Of a DNA stretch of 64,000 nucleotides, positions 38,114-47,667 are shown piece by piece (within the stretch, counting starts at the first letter, position 1; each line of letters opens with the position of its first letter). The translations under genes and the position numbers were made by a program. The stretch covers positions 1,280,001 to 1,344,000 of the forward strand of contig CAXXYE010000009.1 of NCBI GenBank assembly GCA_963674865.2. The letters run 5' to 3'. This DNA is from Candidatus Hydrogenedentota bacterium. Lineage in GTDB: Bacteria; Hydrogenedentota; Hydrogenedentia; Hydrogenedentales; SLHB01. The notes under the pieces are model-generated. The model saw only the letters and a program-made list of their open reading frames with translations. It was not told where the DNA came from and ran no database searches.

Positions 38114-39265
38114 CTACGGCTCTGTCTCGCCGCTGTGTCCGCAGGTTCTGTCGAGCCGTCCATCTGACGCCCCATCGGAGCCTCCCAGCCACCCCTTTCG
38201 CCAGAACAGGAAGATCTCGACGAGGGCAATGAGGAGCATGGCGACGATGAAGATGGGATAGCCCCAGTGCGAGCGCAGCTCAGGCATGTTCCACGGGGAG
38301 GCGTCCGGGTCGAAGTTCATGCCGTAGATCCCGGCGAGAAACGTGAGCGGGATGAACATGGTCGCGATGACCGTGAGAACCTTCATGACCTCGTTCATTC
38401 GGTTGCTGACGCTAGAGAGGTAGACGTCGAGCAGCCCGCCGGCGAGTTCGCGGTAGGACTCTATGAGGTCGGCAATCTGGATCGTGTGGTCGTAGCAGTC
38501 GCGAATATAGACCTGCGTGGCTTCGGTGATGCGCGGGTGGGCATTGCGGAGGAGGGTGTTGACGGCCTCGCGCAATGGCCCGATGGCGCGACGCACGGTG
38601 AGCAAGTCGCGTTTTACCTGGTGGATCTTTGCCACGGTCTCGGTGGTCGGCCGGGCGATGACGTCGTCTTCCAGGTTTTCGAGCAGGTCGCTTAGGTTGT
38701 CTAGGTAGGGGAAATAGCCGTCGATAACCGCATCGAGGAGGCAGTAGGCGAGGTAGTCCGCGCCCATTTCGCGCACCTTGCCGCGTCCGTCCCGGATGCG
38801 CTTGCGGACGCAATCGAGGCAGTCGCCGACGTGTTCCTGGAAGGTAAGCACGAATCGTTCGCCGAGAAACATGCTCATCTGTTCAGCCTGCACGGGATGT
38901 CCGGGCTCGATCATGCGGGCGACGATGAATAGCAGGTTGCCGTACTCGTCGACCTTCGGACGCTGGTGAACGTTGAGGACATCCTCGAGGGCCAAGCCGT
39001 GAACGCCGAAGAGATCGCCCACCTCCCGGATGGCGTCAACGTCGCCGAGGCCATCGACATTGACCCAGGTGACGGGCCAGCGCTCCAGAGCGTCATGGAT
39101 GGGTTTCAGGTCGGTAATCTCCTGTTCGATGAACTCCTCCGAGTTATAGGCGATCACGGTAAGGCGCGGCTTAGGAGACGAAGGGTCGAGCACCAACGTG
39201 CCCGGAGGGGCGCCGGGATGGATTCTCACGCGCTTGCGCAGGGCGGGGCGTTTGGGCCTATGCAC
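38114..39265 (-). CDS. corA: Magnesium/cobalt transporter CorA
   Basis: LALEDVLN..QRPK, RMNEVMKVLT, YGMNF, MPEL. Confidence 0.95.
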   Translation of the reverse strand: MHRPKRPALRKRVRIHPGAPPGTLVLDPSSPKPRLTVIAYNSEEFIEQEITDLKPIHDALERWPVTWVNVDGLGDVDAIREVGDLFGVHGLALEDVLNVHQRPKVDEYGNLLFIVARMIEPGHPVQAEQMSMFLGERFVLTFQEHVGDCLDCVRKRIRDGRGKVREMGADYLAYCLLDAVIDGYFPYLDNLSDLLENLEDDVIARPTTETVAKIHQVKRDLLTVRRAIGPLREAVNTLLRNAHPRITEATQVYIRDCYDHTIQIADLIESYRELAGGLLDVYLSSVSNRMNEVMKVLTVIATMFIPLTFLAGIYGMNFDPDASPWNMPELRSHWGYPIFIVAMLLIALVEIFLFWRKGWLGGSDGASDGRLDRTCGHSGETEP

Positions 39266-39387
39266 TCCATCCTCCTCTCCCGTTCCGGTTCGACACCGGC
39301 CAAGTCATTCCCTGATAGACAAGCAAGTCATCAGTCTCTATGATAGACGAAATGAGAGAGGTCCGCCAGAGGTAAGCCGCCGGAGGG

Positions 39388-41703
39388 GTGTTGATGGACG
39401 AGACAAGAGGGGTCATGCGCAGCGATCATCGAGGCTGGTGTCGGGGGACTTCTACGCTGCAATGGTGGATGGCGATGGCCCTTGTCCTTCTTGCTGTTTC
39501 CATTCCCGCACAAGGCAGCAGCGAGGCTTCGGCGTCGCCACAGGCCGATGACGCGGCGGCCATTCAAGCACGCATCGAGGAGCTTTCGGGACGCATCGCC
39601 GCGTCCGAGGCGGCAACAACTTCGGACATCGCCATGCAGCGCGGCGTGGCTGTTACGGATCTCGCGAACCGCGTCGAGCGGCTCAAGTCACTGCGAGACC
39701 TCTACGAGCAGCAGGGGGCCGTGTTGCGCCAGATCGAGGCGGCCACGAACGCCGTTGAGGAGGTCAAGAAACAGACGGCGGAATTCCAGGGATTGCCCGA
39801 GAAGCCGCCCTACGCGATCGCGTTTGTCGATTCTCTAGAGGATGTTCTGGACGCCCAAGTTCTGGAGCACGAGACGGATCAGAGCGATGTGGTGCGCGAA
39901 GGCGAGCGACTCAAGGAGGCACAACGCGCCCTTGATGAGGCCACGCGCGCACGGCGTCTGGCTAAGGAGGAACTGGAACGAGGCGCGGGCGGTGATGTCG
40001 CGCCGAAGCTGCAGTGGGAGTTTGAAGGCGCTGGCCTGGCTTACGATCTGGCCGAGGCGTCAGTGGCCCTTCAGAGGCGTCGCGAGGAATTGAGCAAACT
40101 CGTCGTCGAGGCGGACGAGGCGAGGCGCGATCTCCAGCAGCGCAAAGTCAATCTGGCGCGCGCGTCACTCCAGTTCCGGCGCAATGAGCTGGATGAGAAG
40201 ACTGCCGGCATCGCGGATCGCGCCAACAGGACTGAAAAGGAACTGCGTGAGGCGCAGATAGATTCCGATACGCGGCAGGCGCAGGTTCAGGAGGCCCGGG
40301 AGGCATTGCAGCAGGCGCGCGGCGAAGAAGCGATAGAAAGGGGCCGTCTGCTGCTCGACATGCGACAGGCCCAGGCACTGACGGCCGAACGCATCGCTTC
40401 GCTGCTTGGCGACTTTCTGAAGTACCTCTCCATGGAGAGCGAAATATGGCACGATCGCTTTGAGATCATCAACCATCCGCGAGATGTTGATCTGGCTGTT
40501 CTGGAGAAAGCTGCCAAGACGCGTCAGGAGACGCTGGCCAACTACCGGCAGAACCTTGACTCCAGAATGCGAGTGGTCCGGGCCTCGCTTGCCGAACAGG
40601 ATCAGCTTCTGGCCTCGTGGCAAGGCGCGAATAGCGACAAGTCCGTCGCGAAACAGAAGCTCGATGCCCTGACGCGACGCGATGAGCAGTTAGACCGTAA
40701 TCAGACGTACTTGGGAAACGTGGAGCGTCTCAACGCCCGCCTGCAAGAGGGAATTGCCGCACAGCGGCAGCACGTTGGTTGGGGCCAGCGTGTTCAGCGC
40801 GTTACCAGCGCCGCCAAGAAGGTTTGGGACTACAAGGTCATCGTTGGAGATGAACCGCTCACCGTCAAGGAGATTGTGGCGGCCTTGCTGATCCTGGTTT
40901 TGGGCGCGGCTTTGAGCCGGCGTGCCACCCGTATCCTGCGTAGGCAGGCGTTGGAGCGCTTCAAACTCGAGGCAAATGTCGCCGCGGTCATCGAGAAGCT
41001 AACCTACTACTTCCTCCTTATCTTCGTGGTGCTATTTGCCCTGCAAACGGTGAACATCCCCCTGACGGTATTCACCTTCTTCGGCGGCGCCTTGGCCATC
41101 GGTGTTGGTTTTGGTGCGCAGAATCTCATCAACAACTTCATCAGCGGCCTCATCCTGCTTGCCGAACGCCCCATCAAACTGGGCGATGTGGTCGAGGTGG
41201 ACGGAGAACGCGGCCGGATCGTCAATATCGGCGCGCGGTGCTCTACGCTGCACCTTTTCTCCGGCGTGGACATCCTCGTGCCGAACAGCGCGTTTCTGGA
41301 GAAGAACGTTGTGAACTGGACGCTATCGGATCCAGTCGTGCGCTTTTCGGTGACGGTAGGCGTCGCTTACGGCTCTCCTACGCGCGAAGTCTCGCAATTG
41401 ATAATGAAGAGCGTGGAGGAACACGGGAAGATCCTGAAGAATCCCGAACCGCTGGTGCTCTTCTCTGATTTTGGTGACAACGCGTTCATTTTTGATGTCT
41501 ATTTCTGGCTCATGATGACGACGATGATGGATGCACGGGCCGTCTGTAGTGATGTGCGTTTCCGTATCGACAAGCTGTTTCGCGAGGCGGGGATCACCAT
41601 CGCGTTTCCGCAGCGAGACATCCACGTGGATACACTCAGGCCTCTGGATGTTCGTCTGATCAAAGACGTGGAAAAAAGCGAACAGAAGGAGGAGGAGAAA
41701 TAA
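39388..41703 (+). CDS. MscS-family mechanosensitive channel with a large periplasmic coiled-coil domain
   Basis: GVGFGAQNLINNFISG, ERPIKLGD, VPNS, NWT, VGVAYGS, IAFPQRD. Start codon uncertain. Confidence 0.88.
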   Translation: MLMDETRGVMRSDHRGWCRGTSTLQWWMAMALVLLAVSIPAQGSSEASASPQADDAAAIQARIEELSGRIAASEAATTSDIAMQRGVAVTDLANRVERLKSLRDLYEQQGAVLRQIEAATNAVEEVKKQTAEFQGLPEKPPYAIAFVDSLEDVLDAQVLEHETDQSDVVREGERLKEAQRALDEATRARRLAKEELERGAGGDVAPKLQWEFEGAGLAYDLAEASVALQRRREELSKLVVEADEARRDLQQRKVNLARASLQFRRNELDEKTAGIADRANRTEKELREAQIDSDTRQAQVQEAREALQQARGEEAIERGRLLLDMRQAQALTAERIASLLGDFLKYLSMESEIWHDRFEIINHPRDVDLAVLEKAAKTRQETLANYRQNLDSRMRVVRASLAEQDQLLASWQGANSDKSVAKQKLDALTRRDEQLDRNQTYLGNVERLNARLQEGIAAQRQHVGWGQRVQRVTSAAKKVWDYKVIVGDEPLTVKEIVAALLILVLGAALSRRATRILRRQALERFKLEANVAAVIEKLTYYFLLIFVVLFALQTVNIPLTVFTFFGGALAIGVGFGAQNLINNFISGLILLAERPIKLGDVVEVDGERGRIVNIGARCSTLHLFSGVDILVPNSAFLEKNVVNWTLSDPVVRFSVTVGVAYGSPTREVSQLIMKSVEEHGKILKNPEPLVLFSDFGDNAFIFDVYFWLMMTTMMDARAVCSDVRFRIDKLFREAGITIAFPQRDIHVDTLRPLDVRLIKDVEKSEQKEEEK

Positions 41704-41728
41704 GGGCGTGAACCGGGCCGGTGCGTGG

Positions 41729-42451
41729 CTACAGGACGAAGCGAAATGTCATGTAGGCCTCGGCGGCTTCGACGGAGATCTCCCGTCCACGGACACGGGC
41801 GATGTATTCGACGTTTTGCACGCTTGAATGATGTATGGCGCTACGCATCTGTGAGCGGTGTATGGCAAGGGCTTCGAGCTTCTTGTCGAGGAACGCGGTG
41901 ATATCCACATAGAAGTTCGGATGGAACTTCTCGCGCTCAAGGCTCCAGAAGAGCGACGTGTTATCGTAGCCGATAACGATACGCTGGAACGGCTTGATGG
42001 AGGGCACGCCGGGGCGGGCGGCGGTAAATGCCGCGCGGAAGACGGCCTCGTGATCTTGGTTGTACGATGCCACGGGAATGGCCAGCATGGTGGGTCGAAC
42101 GCGGTCGAGGGCGAGCTTGCCTTCGCGCTCGATCTTGGCGATCAGTTCGCGCCGGGGAAGCACATCGAGGCGCAGGTGGGTGTCCGCGTCGCGATAGAGA
42201 ACGTCCCAATCATCCACTTCGAGGAATTGCATGACCTCGCCGAACTCACGCTCCCGGGTGGCTCCAGTGACGATGTCGCTTGTGCCGTCGTAGTGTTTAA
42301 GGTCGCCTACGGAACAGGCGACGACGTAGACCTCGCCGCCAAGGCTCTTGATACGAGCGATGGTGCCCGCGCATCCAAATGACTCGTCGTCGGCGTGGGG
42401 CGCGATCACCAGTAGGCGCTGTCCGGCCAGGAAGACATCATCAACGCTCAA
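41729..42451 (-). CDS. PIG-L/LmbE-family de-N-acetylase
   Basis: IAPHADDE, NQDH, PNFYVDI, HRSQ. Confidence 0.85.
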   Translation of the reverse strand: MSVDDVFLAGQRLLVIAPHADDESFGCAGTIARIKSLGGEVYVVACSVGDLKHYDGTSDIVTGATREREFGEVMQFLEVDDWDVLYRDADTHLRLDVLPRRELIAKIEREGKLALDRVRPTMLAIPVASYNQDHEAVFRAAFTAARPGVPSIKPFQRIVIGYDNTSLFWSLEREKFHPNFYVDITAFLDKKLEALAIHRSQMRSAIHHSSVQNVEYIARVRGREISVEAAEAYMTFRFVL

Positions 42452-43607
42452 CGTGCTTCTCCTCGATCAGCGCTTCGTAGATGGCCTCGATCTGCGCAAC
42501 CATCTGCTCGATGCTGTAATGTGGCACAACGTGCGCCCGGGCCGCCTTTCCCATGGCGCACCGGCGGGATGCGTCGCGCACCAGCGCAATGACGGCGTTT
42601 GCCAAGGCACCCGGATCACGTGGAGGAATTAGTATACCAGTCACACCGTCCCGGACGATATCCGGGATCCCTCCGACATGCGTGGCGACCACGGGGGTAG
42701 CCGCGGCTCCGGCTTCGAGCACGACGCGGCCCATGCCCTCATTGATAGAGGGCACGACGCAGACATCCATGGCCGCCATGAGCGCGGCCACCTCCGTGCT
42801 CCACCCTAGAAGGCGAAACCGCTTGCCCAGGGCCCGGGCTTCCTCATGAAGCTCCTCGCGCAGCGAGCCATCGCCGGCGAGAACGAACTGAGCTTGTGGC
42901 AGCGCGCCGGCGACGGTATGTGCGGCGGAGACGAAGTGCGTGAACCCCTTGACAGGCTCAAGCCGCCCGACGCCGCCGATGAGAATGTCATTCGGGCCGA
43001 TGCCAAGGGAGTGACGGGTGCTGTTGCGCTGCTCGATGGCGGCGGTGTAGGGCGCGAAGTCGATGCCGCTGAAGACGACTTCGTACTGCTCGCGCCGGCC
43101 GATGCCCTGCGCGAGGTGCTCATCGATCCCTCCCGGCGTGAGGGTGATGATCCGATCGGTTCGCCGTGCGGCATAGCGCTCCATGGCGGTGAAGAGCCTG
43201 GTGAGTAGGGGGGGGAAGTAGCCCTCGAAGATGTTGCCGTGGGGGGTGTGGATCACAATGGGCACCCCCGCGCGCCGGGCGGCGATGCGGCCGAGGAAGC
43301 CCGCCTTCGATGTGTGCGTGTGGACGATGTCGTAGTGTTTCGCGCGAAAAAGGGCTGTGAGGCGGCGGAGCGCGCGGAGATCGCCGAGCGGGGCCGGGGG
43401 CCGCATCAAGGTAGGTACATGAATGATCTCCATGCCCGCGGCGAGAACCGCATCCTCGATGGCGTCCTCGTCGGGCATGACGCTCCCGCTGATGAGGTCC
43501 ACGTCGAACCTCGCGCGATTCGCGAGGCGCACCGTGTGGACGGTGTTCTCCTGAGCGCCGCCTCTGCATAAGCGAGTGATGACGTGTGCTACGCGAATCT
43601 TGCTCAT
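42441..43607 (-). CDS. GT4 glycosyltransferase
   Basis: GGAQEN, HTHTSKAG, GRLEPVKG, EGMGRVVLEA. Confidence 0.9.
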   Translation of the reverse strand: MSKIRVAHVITRLCRGGAQENTVHTVRLANRARFDVDLISGSVMPDEDAIEDAVLAAGMEIIHVPTLMRPPAPLGDLRALRRLTALFRAKHYDIVHTHTSKAGFLGRIAARRAGVPIVIHTPHGNIFEGYFPPLLTRLFTAMERYAARRTDRIITLTPGGIDEHLAQGIGRREQYEVVFSGIDFAPYTAAIEQRNSTRHSLGIGPNDILIGGVGRLEPVKGFTHFVSAAHTVAGALPQAQFVLAGDGSLREELHEEARALGKRFRLLGWSTEVAALMAAMDVCVVPSINEGMGRVVLEAGAAATPVVATHVGGIPDIVRDGVTGILIPPRDPGALANAVIALVRDASRRCAMGKAARAHVVPHYSIEQMVAQIEAIYEALIEEKHVER

Positions 43608-44734
43608 GGACAGTCTTCGAGGGCCCCCAAGAGACGCTCCGTGAAAGTCTCCCAGTTGAGTTCCTCCTCAACCCGCCGCCGGCCGTTTTCGCCTAGTCGC
43701 CTCGCGCGTTCGGGGTCGTTCATGAGGGACAGGATGGCTTCGGCAAGGGCGTCCGGGTCGTTCGGTTCCACGATCAGGCCGGTTTCTCCGTCGAGTACGG
43801 CCTCAGTTACGCCCCCGGAGTGGCCCGCAACGACGGGTTTGCCGTGGGCGTGGGCCTCCGTGAATACGAGCCCGAATCCCTCCACCTGGCCATCGCTATC
43901 TGTGCCGGTAGGTAGAGCGAAGATCTCGCAGCATTCGTATAGGGCGGCCACATCGTCCGGCGGCAAGCATCCCGGAAGGAGGACATTGTCGCGGACTCCC
44001 AGCGCATTGGCCTCCTTCGCAACATCGCTCATGGCGGGGCCCTGGCCGACAAGCACGAGGACGGTGTCCGGGAAGGCTTCAAGGATACGCGGCAGGGCGC
44101 GCACGAACGTCAGGTGGCCTTTGCGGGGAACAAAGCGCCCGACGGCCAGGATGACGCGGTCGTTGCCGAGGGCGAATTTGTCCCGCGTTGCGGCCAGACA
44201 CTCACGCGAGAGCGGGGTTGAGAGACTGGCCCCGGGGTGAATCGTCACGATGCCATCCGGGGCCGCGCCGAACTCGGCCAGTTGCGAGCGGGTGAAGTCG
44301 CTTATGGCAACAGTGAGCCGGGCGTGTCGATAGACGCTTCGGAGGAGGGCCGATACAGGCCACACACCCTTGAACTTGAGGAACTCGTATCCGTAGGCGA
44401 AGACCACATAAGGCGTTCTGGATAGACTGCCGGCGATGCGCGCCATGACGCCCGCGTAGGCGATATTGATGCAAAGGATAAGTTCTGCCCGCCTCATTAG
44501 CGGCAAAGCGGTAAACAGCATCGGAAAGAAGCGCAGCCAGCCCAGGCGGTAGCCAGCGTAGCGATGCACCTCGTATGGCTCGGCCTCATCGAAGGGGCCG
44601 GTGTCCGGGAAGTAGGGCGCCAGAACAGTTATCTCATGGCCCTTCGTGGTGAGCATGCGGGCGACTTCGAGCGCGACGGTACTGATGCCTCCCTCAATGG
44701 GGGGGTAGTCAGCGGTTGGAATCAGGATTTTCAC
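43604..44734 (-). CDS. GT4 glycosyltransferase
   Basis: GTG start overlapping the upstream stop; YPPIEGGI, VGRFVPRKG, EGFGLVFTEA. Confidence 0.9.
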   Translation of the reverse strand: MKILIPTADYPPIEGGISTVALEVARMLTTKGHEITVLAPYFPDTGPFDEAEPYEVHRYAGYRLGWLRFFPMLFTALPLMRRAELILCINIAYAGVMARIAGSLSRTPYVVFAYGYEFLKFKGVWPVSALLRSVYRHARLTVAISDFTRSQLAEFGAAPDGIVTIHPGASLSTPLSRECLAATRDKFALGNDRVILAVGRFVPRKGHLTFVRALPRILEAFPDTVLVLVGQGPAMSDVAKEANALGVRDNVLLPGCLPPDDVAALYECCEIFALPTGTDSDGQVEGFGLVFTEAHAHGKPVVAGHSGGVTEAVLDGETGLIVEPNDPDALAEAILSLMNDPERARRLGENGRRRVEEELNWETFTERLLGALEDCP

Positions 44735-46419
44735 GGCTTCACAACCACGAAATCGCCGATAGCAAGCGCATCGATACCGGTGGATTGGAAGCAGCGCACG
44801 GCCTCGGAGGGCGTGTTGACGATGGGCTCGCCCATCACGTTGAACGAGGTGTTGAGCACCATAGGCACGCCGCGCCGCCGCTCGAAGGCCTCGATGAGCT
44901 TGTAGTAGCGGGGGCACGTGTCACGTGCGACTGTCTGGACGCGCGCCGTGCCGTCCACATGGGTAATGGCCGGGACGAGAGCCTGCTTCCCCGGCTCGAC
45001 TGGATACACAACGAGCATGAAAGGCGATCGCGTACAGCCCACGAAGAATTCACCGGCCCGCTCCTCCAAGACGCTGGGGGCAAAGGGCCGGAACTCCTCG
45101 CGGTGTTTGACGCGCTGGTTGATGGTGTTCTTCATTTCGGGCCTGGTGGGATCGGCGAGGATGCTTCTCGCGCCCAGGGCGCGGGGCCCGAATTCGGAAC
45201 GCCCCTGAAACCAACCGACGATCTTACCGCTCGCGATGAGTTCCGCGGTGCGTTCCTCAAGGCTGTTCGGCTGCTCATAAGCGACGTCCGCCGTATCGAG
45301 AGCAGCCCGGATCTCCTCCTTCGAGAAGTCAGGGCCGATGCGGGCATCGCGCATCACGAAGGCCCGGGGGGCGCCCGTGAGGCGATGGTGTAACTGGAAG
45401 GCCGCGCCGATGGCAATGCCGTCATCCCCCGCCGCGGGCTGCACCCACAGCTCCTCGAAGGGCGACTCGCGCAGCAGCCGGCCGTTCATGGCACAGTTGA
45501 GGGCCACGCCGCCGGCCATGCAAAGCCGGTTGAGTCCGGTTTCGTGATGGAGCGCTGTGATATAGCGTAGAACGGCCTCCTCGAGAACCTTCTGCGCCGA
45601 AGCGGCGATATTTCTGTGGCGGACTTCAATCGGTTCGCCCTTGTTTCTTGGCGCGCCGAAGCGCTCGATGAACTTCCGGGAGAAATAGCCGCATCGCGAG
45701 CCTGGCGCGTAATGGCAAACGAACCACGAGAGGTCCACATTATAGCGGCCGTCGGGCGCGACACGGATGATCTGCCGGAAATCGTCGAGGTACTCCGGTT
45801 CGCCGAACGCGGCAAGGCCCATGACTTTGTACTCATCGCTCGCGCGGAGAAAGCCGAGGTAATCCGTGACGGCCGAGTAGAAGACGCCGAGCGATTGAGG
45901 GTAGTTCTCAGTGTGGAGCCTGCGAATCTCCGTGCCTTTGCCCACGCCCGCCCAAGTCGCGGCCCACTCGCCGATATAGTCCACGGAGAAGAGAGCCGCC
46001 TCGTCGAAGGGGCTGACAAGAAAGGCGCTGGCGGCGTGTGCGGGGTGGTGCTCAAGAAAGTGAATCTTGGCCTTCTTGCCGCGCAGAGCGTGTATGCCAT
46101 TGAAATACTTGGCGTTGTGAACGATCTCATAGCCGATATAGGCGGCCGAATACGCTGGGCTGCGGAACATCTGTTTGAGCCGGTAAGGCAGGCGGCGGCG
46201 GAGGCGGAGCCCGGGCCGCATGTAGCAGGCGATGTGGTCGACGTCGTCCGGAGTCAGGCCCGCCTCATTCAGGCAGAACTTGACTGCCTTTCGGGGTATG
46301 CCTCCCTGGTGCTTGACGCGGGTGAGGCGCTCTTCGGCGATACCGGCCACGAGTTCACCGTCCCGGAGGAGAACGGCGGCCGAATCATGCGAAAAGCCCC
46401 CGATCCCCAGAATGATCAT
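44731..46419 (-). CDS. NodU/CmcH/TobZ-family O-carbamoyltransferase
   Basis: HDSAA, EERLTRVKH, HHPAHAAS, EYKVMGLA, AGGVALNC, EFGPRALG, REEFRPFAP, NTSFN. Confidence 0.95.
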   Translation of the reverse strand: MIILGIGGFSHDSAAVLLRDGELVAGIAEERLTRVKHQGGIPRKAVKFCLNEAGLTPDDVDHIACYMRPGLRLRRRLPYRLKQMFRSPAYSAAYIGYEIVHNAKYFNGIHALRGKKAKIHFLEHHPAHAASAFLVSPFDEAALFSVDYIGEWAATWAGVGKGTEIRRLHTENYPQSLGVFYSAVTDYLGFLRASDEYKVMGLAAFGEPEYLDDFRQIIRVAPDGRYNVDLSWFVCHYAPGSRCGYFSRKFIERFGAPRNKGEPIEVRHRNIAASAQKVLEEAVLRYITALHHETGLNRLCMAGGVALNCAMNGRLLRESPFEELWVQPAAGDDGIAIGAAFQLHHRLTGAPRAFVMRDARIGPDFSKEEIRAALDTADVAYEQPNSLEERTAELIASGKIVGWFQGRSEFGPRALGARSILADPTRPEMKNTINQRVKHREEFRPFAPSVLEERAGEFFVGCTRSPFMLVVYPVEPGKQALVPAITHVDGTARVQTVARDTCPRYYKLIEAFERRRGVPMVLNTSFNVMGEPIVNTPSEAVRCFQSTGIDALAIGDFVVVKP

Positions 46420-46535
46420 GTGGTATTCCTTGATAGGTTGTGGCGGCCCGGCTTCCTCTCGTCGCTAATCTAGCAAGGATTCGAGCCGGTTTGCACACGA
46501 ATTCTCCCGGCTCCTCTCCGGGGAAAGGAGGTCGC

Positions 46536-47267
46536 TTAGGGCGATGTGGCGGCGCGGCGCCGTTGCCGGAGGCATTCGGCGAGGGCGATGCCCGCGCTCA
46601 CGGAAGCGTTCAGCGAGGAGATGGCCCCCACCAGCGGGATGCGGAGCGCCAGGTCGCAGTGTTGCCGGACGAGTCGGCGCAGGCCCTTGCCCTCGCTGCC
46701 GATGACGAGGGCGGTCGGGCCGGTGAGGTCCGCCTCCCACAAGTCCTGCGGGGCAGCGGCGTCGAGCGCGGCGGCCCAGCAGCCCGCGTTTCTGAGGACA
46801 TCCAGGCCGCGGACGAGGTTCGAGGCCCGCAGGAGGTCGATGTGTTCCATAGCCCCCGCGGCGCTCTTGAGAGACGCAGGTGAGATGGGCGCGGCCCGGT
46901 CTTTGCCGAAGAAGACGGCACGAGCGCCGCAAGCGGCCGCAGAGCGGACAATGGCGCCGAAATTGTGGGGATCCTCGACCTGATCCAACACCACGACCAG
47001 CGCGTTTTGAGGGAGGCCGTTTGCGAGCCAGTCCTCTAAGCGGGGGATGGGCAAAGGCGCTGCCTCGAGGACCACCCCTTGATGCACCACGCCCCCCGAA
47101 AGGCGATTCAGGTCTTGTTTGCTGCACTCTTCGACAGAGATACCTTCGGCGGCCGCGAGAACGGGCTCGAGTCCTTTGGCCTGCCGAAGAATATGCAGCC
47201 GCTGGGCCGCGCGCCGCTTCGCGCGCAGGCATTCGAGAACAGGTATACGACCGACTACACGCTCCAC
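46536..47267 (-). CDS. rlmB: 23S rRNA Gm2251 methyltransferase (TrmH family)
   Basis: HQGV, LDQVEDPHNFGAIVRSA, IGSEGKG, SLNASVS. Confidence 0.9.
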   Translation of the reverse strand: MERVVGRIPVLECLRAKRRAAQRLHILRQAKGLEPVLAAAEGISVEECSKQDLNRLSGGVVHQGVVLEAAPLPIPRLEDWLANGLPQNALVVVLDQVEDPHNFGAIVRSAAACGARAVFFGKDRAAPISPASLKSAAGAMEHIDLLRASNLVRGLDVLRNAGCWAAALDAAAPQDLWEADLTGPTALVIGSEGKGLRRLVRQHCDLALRIPLVGAISSLNASVSAGIALAECLRQRRRAATSP

Positions 47268-47300
47268 GGGGCGCTCACCTCGTCAAAGAATCCGCTAAAG

Positions 47301-47648
47301 TCAGCGGACAAACCGGTGCAGTATATCGCTGAGGAAAGGGATCCGGATGTCGGCGAACATGTCGGCCGCAACGCCCGCGATGATGAGGATGACGGCGAGG
47401 ATGACGAGCCGTACGACCAAGACCCGGAGTTTGTGTATCCAAGCAGGCCTCGGCTTTGGCGCGCGCTCGAGCTGCTGGGCGCGCTGAATGAACTGCGCGT
47501 GCTTTTCCTTACACTCCTCGGAGCAGAAGTGGCCTGTCGCCCCGCTGACGACGCACGTTGCGCACACAGGTTTGCGGCACGTTTTGCAGCGCGCCACGGC
47601 CTCTACCGCCGAATGATTCACGCAATAGGAGCGATTTTGCAGCGCCAT
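47301..47648 (-). CDS. B-box-type zinc-finger membrane protein
   Basis: CVNH..CKTC..VCATC..FCSEEC followed by one TM helix. Confidence 0.7.
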   Translation of the reverse strand: MALQNRSYCVNHSAVEAVARCKTCRKPVCATCVVSGATGHFCSEECKEKHAQFIQRAQQLERAPKPRPAWIHKLRVLVVRLVILAVILIIAGVAADMFADIRIPFLSDILHRFVR

Positions 47649-47667
47649 TCCCTCAAGCCTCCCTTAT

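Noticed and set aside
41729..46419. Aminoglycoside (tobramycin-like) biosynthetic cluster
   Set aside because: No 2-deoxy-scyllo-inosose synthase, aminotransferase or resistance gene is present.
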